A stretch of 55,366 nucleotides of DNA from Basidiobolus meristosporus CBS 931.73 (Eukaryota; Fungi; Basidiobolomycota), in contig MCFE01000589.1 in assembly GCA_002104905.1 (NCBI GenBank), positions 1-55,366 of the forward strand, read 5' to 3'. The notes under the pieces were generated by a model. It saw only the letters and a program-made list of their open reading frames with translations, searched no databases and was not told where the DNA came from. The position numbers and the translations under genes were made by a program. The first letter of the stretch is position 1; each line of letters starts with the position of its first letter. Positions 29,877-40,550 of this stretch are shown piece by piece.

Positions 29877-31663
29877 AGTGTGAAAGGGTTATTGAGAAAT
29901 GTGAAGTCGAGTGGAAAATACAATAACAATGACGAAGTTCCACCAACCGAAGATGCGACCTTTATATATTTCGAAGCGGTTTTCTAGTTCTCTCCGAAAC
30001 AATGGCGGTGTAATGGTTCGTCACATTTCGATTTGGATGATTGGCTGTGATTCAAAGTCTGTTCTCATGATATTAAGCAAGCATCAAGAAAACCGGTAAT
30101 TTATATCGAATTGGGATCATCCCTTTGGTTCAAATAAGACAGCCCTACACTGGATATAGAATGATTTATTTGGCCATGAATATCAGAGGCCGAATTGGGA
30201 ATTATTACTGCCTTGACTCTTTACCAGCACCAAGCTATTCTTCATCCTTACCGACAATGTACGATTGGTGTGCATTAGTGCGGAACTCATAACCAATTAC
30301 GTACACTGCATGTTCCATTGTGATGTAATAAGCATGAAGTATTCTCGATCTGAGCTACAAGACAATAATTTAGCATATCATAGCATCATAGATGTCGTAA
30401 CTGCGTCGACCATTGGCTCATTTAGTCTTGGTTCAAGAGATATGTTTGGCTGTGAAGGAGTGTCTGCGTAATTCCAGAGTCATATAATGTTAGCCTTATT
30501 AGCAGACATTGCAGCCATTGAAGTTCACCATATGTTTCATGCTAATTCCTTCTTTGCTGAGCCCCTCCTACGATGCCAAGTACTTTACCCAAGTCAACTG
30601 AGCATCAGCAAACCAGAATAGACAGGTTTTTCGATGACGCCCTTGATGATCTAAGGTTGCATAGTCTGCTGCAATGCTATACCATAAGTATACTAGCGTC
30701 AAAACCTTTTGTTTGCCTGTCTGTTTGCCACTTCTCCTGCAGCCAAGCGTTGCTGGATCGATATTTCAAAGGTGTATATATGGATGATATTGGTGGATTC
30801 GGCAAAATGCATCTCTGATACCAATCAAAGAGATGGAAGAAGTCTACACCCCACAAACAAGGAAGTATTCTCTTTTTCGCTATATCTATTCCACTTCGAG
30901 AATTTGATCACATGGAAGTTAAACCATCAAACTCCGTTTTGAGATATGATGAAGATAGCGTATCGACGATTAGTTTTGCTGAGATGGAATAGCTTCGAAT
31001 GACTGGTCCAGATAAAACTAGACTACAGTCGAGACATTCATAAAAGAGGACATGGCACGCACTGAAGGAAGGTCGGGTGAGACTTTGGTCTTATACACAA
31101 TATATAAATCGACTTCGGATTTTGCATATTGAACTCCTGCTGCTGTGCTCTTGCTCCTGTATTCCTACTCCGATTAACGCCTTATCATGATGATAGCGAA
31201 ATTCTAGTCCAGACTCTCGGCATCTCAAACTAAGGCTGGACTTACTCCCCAAATATAGTAATATGGGATCGGCCAGCCACTAAGCTGCGAGATAGGCATA
31301 AATTAATTTTCCTCAATGACTGTTATTTAAATGATGTAAATCTTGGAAAATGCCCAACAGTCTACCAATAGCTTGACTCACAAGCACAGGAATTGTCGGT
31401 GCTACTCTCCACCATGATATTTCTCATATCGTTTGGCTTCGTACTACCTTGAAATCATCTAATTAGACAATACAACGTTGTTCCATTTTACTGTGGAATA
31501 CTTCAGAATCGATCAAGCAACAAAATAGCCAATTTTTAGTGGTCATGTCTTACACACCATTAGTTCTTTAGATTTTGCTTACTATCGTTAAGCAAGCCTA
31601 CTAGTTGAGTGTTGAATACACTCAGCACGCAACTGTCACCCTTTCAAGTGCCACACTATATTC

Positions 31664-31998
31664 TGTTGTAAATTTCGTAATTACACCCAAATATCCTCTT
31701 AACTTAGTCACTTAGATCATAGTCTACAAAACTTTGAGAATTCTGGCCAAATTCCTTGTTGGGATATACTTTGAGATTTTTCATGTCCTGGGTACCTGGC
31801 ACGTTGGTGAAATATTCAAAGTTGTCTAAGTGGGCCCAAACTTTGCACATATGTTCTTGGGGACCTTCCTAAACATATTCTGCCAGGACCATGTAAAAGT
31901 ATAAATGCTACTTTTACATTCAATAAATCATCAAGTGAAAACCACAATATCTACTTGTTCTCCCAATCACTTCCAACATCTCCAAAACTTATACAACA
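31664..31998 (-). mobile_element. Solo LTR copy 4 (335 bp) with perfect 5-bp target-site duplication
   Basis: TATTC (31659-31663) | TGTTGTA ... TACAACA | TATTC (31999-32003); inverted homologue of 2682-3016 and identical in length. Confidence 0.85.
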
Positions 31999-33280
31999 TA
32001 TTCTATCTTAAAAACATCCCATTCAGAACAAATGTGTTGGAATCTTCTAGTCACGTGCAGAAGGAGAGGACAGTTGATTATAACCTCAATCAGGGACACA
32101 TATGGATCAAAAAGAATTTATGCTGTGAACTCTCGAGTGTATATACAATTCATCAGAGTCAGGTTATTATGGTGACATATATTTATATAGCTGGAGAAAA
32201 GCTCCCGTAGTGTTATATATATATATATGCCAAAATAGTAAAGCCCTGTGTAGCCTTACACTTCGATTCCAAGATTAACAAGATCATAAATGGGGATGTA
32301 TTCTGTGATATGGGGCAAAGAAAGAAATATCAATAATGACTAGGGAATATGTGGAATATAGTAGAGATTACCAAGTCTTCATTTTTGATAAACCTGGAGT
32401 AGAGTAAATGGGATGGCCACTCATTAATTCTTTGTAGATCATCTATACCTTTGGGAGTAATGCTGAGGGGTTTTGGGCCACATCGGCTCTCCAAGTACAA
32501 CATTCTTCGGTTATTTACGCAGTGATATCCGCTAATCTCTTGGATGGCCAATATTGAGCAGGTAGGTCCTTCGATTGTACTGGATGTGATGGCGGAATTT
32601 CATGTTATGACAACGACAAATATCGCAAGTTTTCATACATAGGCAGGTTTACTTGGAGAAAATCTTGACATATGGTGGGGTTAGGTGGCTTGACTTCTCA
32701 CTGTCAGTTGAAAGTCATATCGAGCATCCAATCAACTCTTCCAATACTGATCACACTTCTGACTCTAGCCAATCATTCGAGGGAATTCCTATCGAGGTCA
32801 AGATAACCAGGGCCAGTTCTGAATTAGTACTACTTCCATACCATCATTGGACGTGAATTCAGATTTCCGAAGCATTTTTGAATACCGGAAGGCCTAGATT
32901 TTGGGAATATTCTTACACGTAGAGTGAAAGAAATATTGCCACGTTTAAAGTGTTTTCGTTGGTAGCTGGAGCGACCTATGGCTTAATAATGTGGAGTTGA
33001 GCTATGCTACATGGACTGTTGGGTATCTACGATGCGTCTTTGGATTCTAGAATCAATTTAAAACCTGGTAGGAAATCACAAATCAATCAACTCCTGTATT
33101 GTAGGAGCACATTGGCTACCACACTTGGGAATTACTCTTGGAAATAAGGTCCCCTATATGGAGGTCTGGAATATCATCTCAATCCTCAAAATCTATTGGG
33201 CTAACGTTTATGCTTATTGCCTATATAACAGCCAGTCTAAGCTTCAGGCCTAGACAAGCAATTCCTGCAGCTTCTTTACA

Positions 33281-34580
33281 ATGACCAAGACTGAGAAAGT
33301 TAGAGATATCCCTTGGGAAAAGCGTTCTTTATGGAGCCGTCTTCACAAGGTCCATTGCATCCTACTGATTTCCACTCCTCTTATCGCACTTTATGGCTTC
33401 GTGAACGTTTCATTGCAAGCCAAAACCCTTCTCTGGACATTGTTCTACTACTACATCTCGGCGTTCGGTATTACTGGAGGTAAGTCTCTTCCATGCTCTT
33501 ATTCAATGGAATGATCCTAATCATCCTTTGCAGGATATCATCGCCTGTGGGCTCACAAGTCCTATTCCGCCATACTTCCAGTTCAAATTATGCTCTCTTG
33601 CGCAGGAGCTGCCGCAGTCCAGGGTTCCATTCAATGGTGGAGTCGTGGTCACCGCGCTCATCACCGCTATGTAGATACTGACAAGGTATATATTCCCTAC
33701 TGTGTGTGTACAAAAGCATATACTAAACTAAATCTAGGATCCTTACAACGCTAATCGAGGACTTTGGTACTCTCATCTTGGCTGGTTGCTGATGAAGCCT
33801 GAACCCGGAAAGATTGGCTACGCTGATACGTCGGATCTAAAGAAAGACCCTGTCGTGGTCTTCCAACACAAGCATTATGTGAAATTCGCACTATTCATGG
33901 GATTCGTCTTCCCCACATTGGTCCCTGGTCTATGCTGGGGAGATTGGCAGGGAGGATTTTTCTATTCTGCCATTGCACGCCTAGTTTTTGTGCATCATGC
34001 CACCTTCTGCGTCAACAGTTTGGCACATTACATTGGAGAATTCACTTACGATGATAAGCACACCCCACGTGACCACATCATCACGGCCTTTGTCACTCTT
34101 GGAGAAGGATATCACAATTTCCATCACGAGTTCCCTGGGGATTATCGCAATGCCATCCGGTACTATCAGTATGATCCCACCAAATGGACCATCCGCTTGC
34201 TTTCCTTCTTTGGGCTCACCTACGATTTGAAACGATTCCCCACCAATGAGATCGTCAAGGGCTATGTCCATATGCAGGAGAAGAAGATCGATGCTATCAA
34301 GCAGACCCTCGACTGGGGTAAAAAGCGTGAAGAACTTCCCGCCTACAGCCCAAAGCAATTCCAGCATCGAGTCAAGGTGGACAACTGCAATTGGGTCATC
34401 ATCGATGGCTTCATTCATGATGTGGCTGATTTTATTCAAGATCATCCTGGAGGGAAGGCATTGATTAAGTCCTATATTGGTAAAGATTGCACAGACGCAT
34501 TCACCGGCGGTGTGTACGATCACAGCAACGGTGCCCGGAACTTGCTCACGTCTATGCGCGTGGGCACCATTAGTAAATAA
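33281..34580 (+). CDS. OLE1: Delta-9 fatty-acyl-CoA desaturase with C-terminal cytochrome b5 domain, 3 exons
   Basis: His boxes [19 protein letters not shown] and GEGYHNFHH; b5 domain FIQDHPGG...VYDHS. Confidence 0.95.
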
Positions 34581-34634
34581 TCCCTTGTGAATAAATATCT
34601 CTGTTCAAATTGAAATGATATATATATCTGGGCA

Positions 34635-36211
34635 TCATTCCCGCACTCCGGGGTAGCTTTTCCACTTCTGCAGCGAATTCGGTCAGCCTCGTGGCATAGG
34701 AAGCTCTAACTCGTGATGTAGACTTACTTTGTGGTTTAGCTTGCGAAAGTCTTTGATCTCGGAGATCAAGATCAGATACTTGGCTAAGGGGTACAGCTCG
34801 CGGTCAGTGGCTCTGGACACCGGTCCGTTCTTGAATGCGGAGATTTTAAGTCCCTGAGCGATGAAGGTGAGCCAGACCTCAAAAGGAGACGACAGTGCAT
34901 GACCTTACACTTGCTGGGTTCATCGCAAAGTTCCTCCCCAGGTCATCGATATGAATGGTGTTCTCAGCTGAGAATTGATCAGGAAACTTCGACCAGATTA
35001 TGTCCAAAGCCTTCACCTGATGTTTGAACGGCGTGCCATCTGGGCGCCTGGTTGTGATGGAGAACATGCAAGAGATATCGATCACTGGGGCAATCGGTAA
35101 GCAGATTGGTAAGCAGACTTGTCTGATGTACACTGACCTGCGGCAATCTTGTACTCCGGGTGTGTTAGGAGACCTAGTTCGGTCACTTTCATTTCCTTCC
35201 AATAAAGTCTGTTACCACAACAGTTTGATCGTCTCCTATCGATCTGCTGCTTACCAGGGTTCTCCAGGATGTTTGACTCCAAATCATAATGTCGTAGCAT
35301 TCATACACAGTAGCCTGAGATGAGTGAGTGGTCGTGCCATGCGAACGGGAGAGATCGTACACTTGTCCTTACCATAAATTCATGAAGCCCAGGCCTCATT
35401 AGCTCACTGATGTGATTTGCTGGTGTTTTGCAGTCAAACAGAGTGTAGTCTGATGCGAATGATTTAGATATGTGGCGTTATGCCTTTTGCTTTCTGCCAG
35501 TATTCCATATGTTACCTAGATCTAGTACAAGGAGCTTTTTATCTACGGGGGTGTTAGCGATGACGGAATTCCGAGGAAAATGAAGCTTATACAACCTTGA
35601 CGCAACGGGTTCAGTAGGGGGATTTTTGCCTAGTGAATCGTTAATACAACTTCGATATCGCAGGTAAACCACAGATACCTTCGAGATGGTTTCCATGAGC
35701 TTGGCCTTGTTTTCCTTGTCGTTCTTGTAAGTATCATCATCCTCTGGTATATAGTCATAATCAAGATCATTGATCACTTCAGGGAGATCAAGTTCGCTAG
35801 GATCTTTGAGAATGTTTTCCTCTGGGGTACCTAATGCACAGTGGGTGAGTTCCAATGCAGCAATATCCCCAAAGGTCGAATAAGCTTACCCATCATTATG
35901 AATGTATGATTGTCTTTCAGTTGCAGTGAGCCAAGTACAATATCATCCAGCTAAAATGAAGCCGTTTTAAAAGCCAATTCAGAGGAAGAGTTGCTTCGAG
36001 ATCTTACAGGAAGCTTTCCTTTGACTAAGCCGATGATCTTCTGTCGTTTTGGCTTCACTTGAGTTAGATGGGCTAGTTTATCCTTTAAACTCCCCACTGT
36101 GTCTGTTGTCAATACCTCTATGGGCAATTTGGTACCTTTCCATGTGGCAGTCATATTAAGACGCCTTTTTTTCGATACCTCCAGATCAGTATCTACTCTA
36201 TTATTACTCAT
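34635..36211 (-). CDS. UBLCP1: Ubiquitin-like domain-containing CTD phosphatase 1, multi-exon
   Basis: N-terminal UBL (TVGSLKDKLAHLTQVKPKRQKIIGLVKGK); HAD motif LLVLDL|DYTLFD; MRPGLHEF; IHIDDLGRNFAMNP; DRELYPLAKYL; ends KWKSYPGVRE*. Confidence 0.92.
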
Positions 36212-36586
36212 GATATAATGAGAAAGACGCTCAAGATAGTCAGGTAACGATGGTACTTTATTTCCCCTGAAATTTCAATTCAAGAAAATAATCGTGGAAG
36301 GGGATTTGAAAACTTGTTTTGCGGGGGTATTTACGCCTAATGAAATGAAATCAACACCACGCCTTTCGATAATGTACTTGTTATGCAGATGACACCCATT
36401 TGGTGCCTCACTCAACTAAAAATAGAATACAATGTGAAAGGTTGGAGAAGACGTGACCATCATGACAGCTCCACACGAAATGCAATAATCCCACCAAGAA
36501 CAATTGCATTCACCCCACTTGGCACGATACATATCAACTGAGCAAGTTGCGCTTCAGTGGATATATAACAAAGATTTGCGCCAAAT

Positions 36587-38230
36587 ATGCCGCCATCAAC
36601 CATGCATCACTGCCTCATTTCGCTATTGCTCCTTTGCAGCCTTGGCCAGATCCTGGCCAAGGTGGTTAAATATAACTTCAATGTAACCCTCGAAGACTAC
36701 GCCTCGGACTGCTTCACTCGCCCTAGTGTCCTGATTAACGGCCTCTCGCCGGGTCCGGAAATCCATGTTGAAAGCGGTGATCAGTTGATTGTGAATGTCA
36801 AGAACTCTATGAAAGAGTCCGATTTCGCTTTACATTTCCACGGAATCATCCAACGGGGGACGCCCTTTTCCGACGGGGTTCCGTACCTCACTCAATTCCC
36901 TATCGCTCCTGGTAGCAGCTATCGCTATGTCATCAACATCGGGAAACAAGCTGGAACGTACTTCTACCACGCACACACCGAAGCCTCTGCCTCGACCGCC
37001 TACGGCGCCCTTATTGTTCATGAGAAGGACGAGTCGGAAATCCCATACGATTATGATGAAGAAAAAGTGCTGATGCTGGGCGATGTATTTCATAGGAGTG
37101 ATGAAGATATTGTCAACGGGTTGCTGGGAATCCCAAGCTTCAAACCCATTGGAGATCCCAACTCCTTGACCATCAATGGAAAAACCTTCGCCAAGTGGAA
37201 CTGCACCGAACCTGGAGCCAGATGCGACGATACGTGCGAACGGGAGGTAGTGACAGTCGATCCAGGGAAATCATACAGGTTTCGCATCATCAACTCCTCG
37301 TTAAACCGCCACCTTTCTTTTGCCATTGAGGGCCATCCACTGACAGTGATTGAGGCAGATGGCTCTTATGTGGTTGCCCATGCAGTAAATCACATCCAAA
37401 TCTCTCCAGGACAAAGATACTCGGCGCTGGTCTATGCAAGCCAGCAATCTGGCAACTTCTACATGCGATCAGAGATCATGGAACGATCGCCAGCCCTGAG
37501 CAACGGCTTAGCAATTCTGCATTACTCAGACGCATCCGAACCAAACACCAGGGCGCTAAACCCAGTGGTGAATGCGCCCATCGTGCGTACACTCACGTTT
37601 TTGGAAGAATTTGAGCTTTACAAGCCTTTGCCGGGATCCCCCACCCATAGCGAAGTGGCATTTCCTAGATACTTCGATCGGGAGATTGTGATTGAGATTC
37701 GCGAGACCGAGGAGAGGTCCTACTTGAATGGTAGGTCTTATCAGCTACCCAAAGGAAATATGCTACAAGCGTTGTATACTGGAAAGAGATCAAACAACCC
37801 TGACTACGAGACTGCTATCGCCAGGGGAGGGTATGATGCAGCAAGAGAATCGTACCCCATTCGACATGGCGAGGTGATCCAAGTAGTGCTTCAGAACACT
37901 TACTTGAAGGAAAGCAGGGCATGCATAACCCATCCATTTCATCTGCATGGCCATTCTGTGTATGACCTTGGTGGAGGCTATGGCAAATACAATCCAGAAA
38001 CCGACCGCCTTGCTGCCTCACAGATTGTAGATCCCTTGTACAGAGATGTGGTCAACGTTTATGGCCAGTCGGATACCGGTGACTACGGGATGCCTTGTGG
38101 CTACCGCATCATCAGATTCGTGGCAGACAACCCAGGAGTCTGGCTATTCCATTGTCATATCTCCTCGCATATGATCCAAGGCATGCAAGCAGTCTTTGAG
38201 ACTGGCGTTGAGGAGCTATCATCATACTAA
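36587..38230 (+). CDS. Secreted multicopper oxidase (laccase/ascorbate-oxidase-like), intronless, 547 aa
   Basis: Signal peptide; the four Cu motifs HFHG, YFYHAH, HPFHLHGH and HCHISSHMIQGM (Met axial ligand). Confidence 0.93.
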   Translation: MPPSTMHHCLISLLLLCSLGQILAKVVKYNFNVTLEDYASDCFTRPSVLINGLSPGPEIHVESGDQLIVNVKNSMKESDFALHFHGIIQRGTPFSDGVPYLTQFPIAPGSSYRYVINIGKQAGTYFYHAHTEASASTAYGALIVHEKDESEIPYDYDEEKVLMLGDVFHRSDEDIVNGLLGIPSFKPIGDPNSLTINGKTFAKWNCTEPGARCDDTCEREVVTVDPGKSYRFRIINSSLNRHLSFAIEGHPLTVIEADGSYVVAHAVNHIQISPGQRYSALVYASQQSGNFYMRSEIMERSPALSNGLAILHYSDASEPNTRALNPVVNAPIVRTLTFLEEFELYKPLPGSPTHSEVAFPRYFDREIVIEIRETEERSYLNGRSYQLPKGNMLQALYTGKRSNNPDYETAIARGGYDAARESYPIRHGEVIQVVLQNTYLKESRACITHPFHLHGHSVYDLGGGYGKYNPETDRLAASQIVDPLYRDVVNVYGQSDTGDYGMPCGYRIIRFVADNPGVWLFHCHISSHMIQGMQAVFETGVEELSSY

Positions 38231-38327
38231 ACATACCATCTACATATCATGCAATACCACATTTCTTTGTTGACAATAAACAGCCATTGTTCTATATTAA
38301 GGATACATTGATGATGGGTCTTTTGGG

Positions 38328-38846
38328 TTAAGGATAGAGGGTACATTGGTTGATGAGTCTCTTGAGAGGGAAACACTTCACAACGAAGAGCTCAGGCTTG
38401 AATATCTTTTCGTATCTGTCGATGATTTCTGTCACATCGCCTATGCATCGGTTCCCAGAGATATCAATGAATATCTTGTTGAATTTCTTATCGAGTTTAC
38501 GAACTGCGTTGACATCAAATGCGTCCAATACGACATAGCTTAGGTTTGGATACTCTGAAGCAGGAAACCGCTCTACCGCCGCTGCATGCTGAAGTAAGGA
38601 TTTGTCGACACCCACAACCTAAATATAGAAGCGCTGCTTAGTGGGATGCCCTTTCCGTAGAAATAATGCGATATTCACCTCTTTACAGTATTTGCTCATA
38701 ATCGAGGCGCTAACTCCTTGTGCCGAACCTAATTCTAGAACAACATCCTCTGGTTTCAAGATTTCTCTCATCAATCTCCGGTATTCATCCACATTTTCAG
38801 TCACCGTTATGGGCGTCCCAGTTAGGTTGTGTCTGTCACCCTTCAT
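38328..38846 (-). CDS. Minimal class I SAM-dependent methyltransferase-like protein (~150 aa), 2 exons
   Basis: MKGDRHN...VLELGSAQG (motif I)...KE|VVGVDKS (motif II)...VLDAFD...IFIDISGNR; GT-AG intron ~38620-38679. Confidence 0.75.
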
Positions 38847-39171
38847 CACTGTGTTCAACCCAAGGACTAACCAGTATTGATATCGTTGTTCTATTCATAT
38901 AAAAGTGAACAGTATCAATAGAAAAAAAACCAACCAGCTTGACTCGCCTGCCGACCGATTCACCGATTAAATATTTACCCAGATTTTCCTGATTCTCATT
39001 GTTACATCAACAAATACGGTTGTAATTGAACGTGCACAGTGGAGAATCCTTGATCCTCATTGAAACAACCTTCCCCATTTCACCAAGTGACAAAACATGA
39101 GCTCGTGACTACGTTTTATTAGTGCATGCCCTCGGTACATTTCCCCATTCCTACTCTTCCCCTCCACACCG

Positions 39172-39837
39172 ATGTTTTGTTCTTTCCCGCCGTGCAACAG
39201 GAACGTCACTGCCTTTGGCAAACGTCTGATGAGCACCACGTCCAATGCCACTCACTACCAAATCTTGGGGGTTCACGAAAAAGCCACTAGGAAAGAAATT
39301 CGCAGGAAATATATCAGTCTTTGTAAGCTGCTTCACCCCGATATTGTTGGGAAAAACAAGGACAGCAACGAGCGTTTTCTGCAGATCAAAAATGCCTACT
39401 CTGTCCTGTCGGACCCACAGCAACGAAAAATCTATGATGACGGAAAGGTGTACTACAACAACTTCGTGAATAATACTCACCATTGGGCACGACACGCTAG
39501 AGCTCAGAATCCGCGGTGGGGGTATGATGCCCGTGTATACGGTCAGCAGACTGCTGGCTACGGAGGTGGTAAACCACTCTACGGCAGCAACAATAAAATA
39601 GCAGCCATCATCCTGGTATTAGTTGGCTTTGCGGGAATCGGGCAGTTTCTTCGCTTTGAAAGGGTCAGCAACCGAGTCAAGAATACCAACATGTTACAGC
39701 ATCAAGCCGCGGCTGATGCATACCACAAAGTACGCACCATGGCAGCAGAGTTAGGGCCAGCTCGCAGGATCGAAATGTTGGTTGAAAGTCATCATAAGAC
39801 CAAGGCCAAGTTGGACGAGTTAAGAAAGAATAAATGA
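39172..39837 (+). CDS. J-domain protein (DnaJ type III, likely mitochondrial membrane, DNAJC4-like)
   Basis: HYQILGV...IRRKYISLCKLLHPD...FLQIKNAYSVLSDPQQRKIYD; presequence-like N-terminus; one transmembrane segment IAAIILVLVGFAGI. Confidence 0.85.
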   Translation: MFCSFPPCNRNVTAFGKRLMSTTSNATHYQILGVHEKATRKEIRRKYISLCKLLHPDIVGKNKDSNERFLQIKNAYSVLSDPQQRKIYDDGKVYYNNFVNNTHHWARHARAQNPRWGYDARVYGQQTAGYGGGKPLYGSNNKIAAIILVLVGFAGIGQFLRFERVSNRVKNTNMLQHQAAADAYHKVRTMAAELGPARRIEMLVESHHKTKAKLDELRKNK

Positions 39838-40550
39838 ATATGTAACACCAAGGTAAAGCCCAGATCGTGTACTAGAATCGCTCAACAATCCATTGTTTTC
39901 TTAGGCTAGACCATCAGAAATAAACAAATTGGTGGTAACATAATCAAGAAGAAAAATTGCAAATGGGCCTACACGCAAGATGCGCCGCAGCAGCGCAAGT
40001 TGATTTGTTAGCTTCAGATAGCGGGATAACTTGATATTCTGTTACGTATGGCAGACGTAGGTGTGCCAGATTGTTGGTTCTGTGATGTGCGAGAGTACTC
40101 GGCAAGTCACAAATTAACAACCTTCGGGTAATTGCGAGTATGGTGGGAGAGTGCAGTAATGATATAATAGATTCATAGATATATTCACATTCCATGATGT
40201 CGCAAATCTGCTCTCCTCGACGTTCCCAATCCGGCAATATAGTGTATTCCTCAATATATCAGCATTTACTTCGGTTTCCCATGATTGTATGCCAATTCCA
40301 TTCTAATTTGGTCATTCATCCACCGCCGCTCTATCTAGATACCTTATTAATATTCCAATGAAATTCTTATTTAAGCAAGAAATGGTTTTGCTGGACGAAA
40401 CTCTAAATTCTTCCCGACCAGAGCCTTTGTCTCACGCTTTATACCTTTGCTCAAGCTCCAAATATTAATATTTTACTTACAGTATATTCTACCTTTTCAC
40501 TATCTGCTTACCACTTAAAATCAGTGCATAGACCTGACTTGACTTGGTAT

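Noticed and set aside
30265-30942. Short plus-strand ORFs (e.g. ...LLDRYFKGVYMDDIGGFG...) that might be a transposase or gene relic
   Set aside because: No diagnostic catalytic motif could be identified by eye.
39944-40237. 97-aa minus-strand ORF between the J-protein and RNR genes
   Set aside because: Non-ATG start and no motif; probably UTR or promoter sequence.
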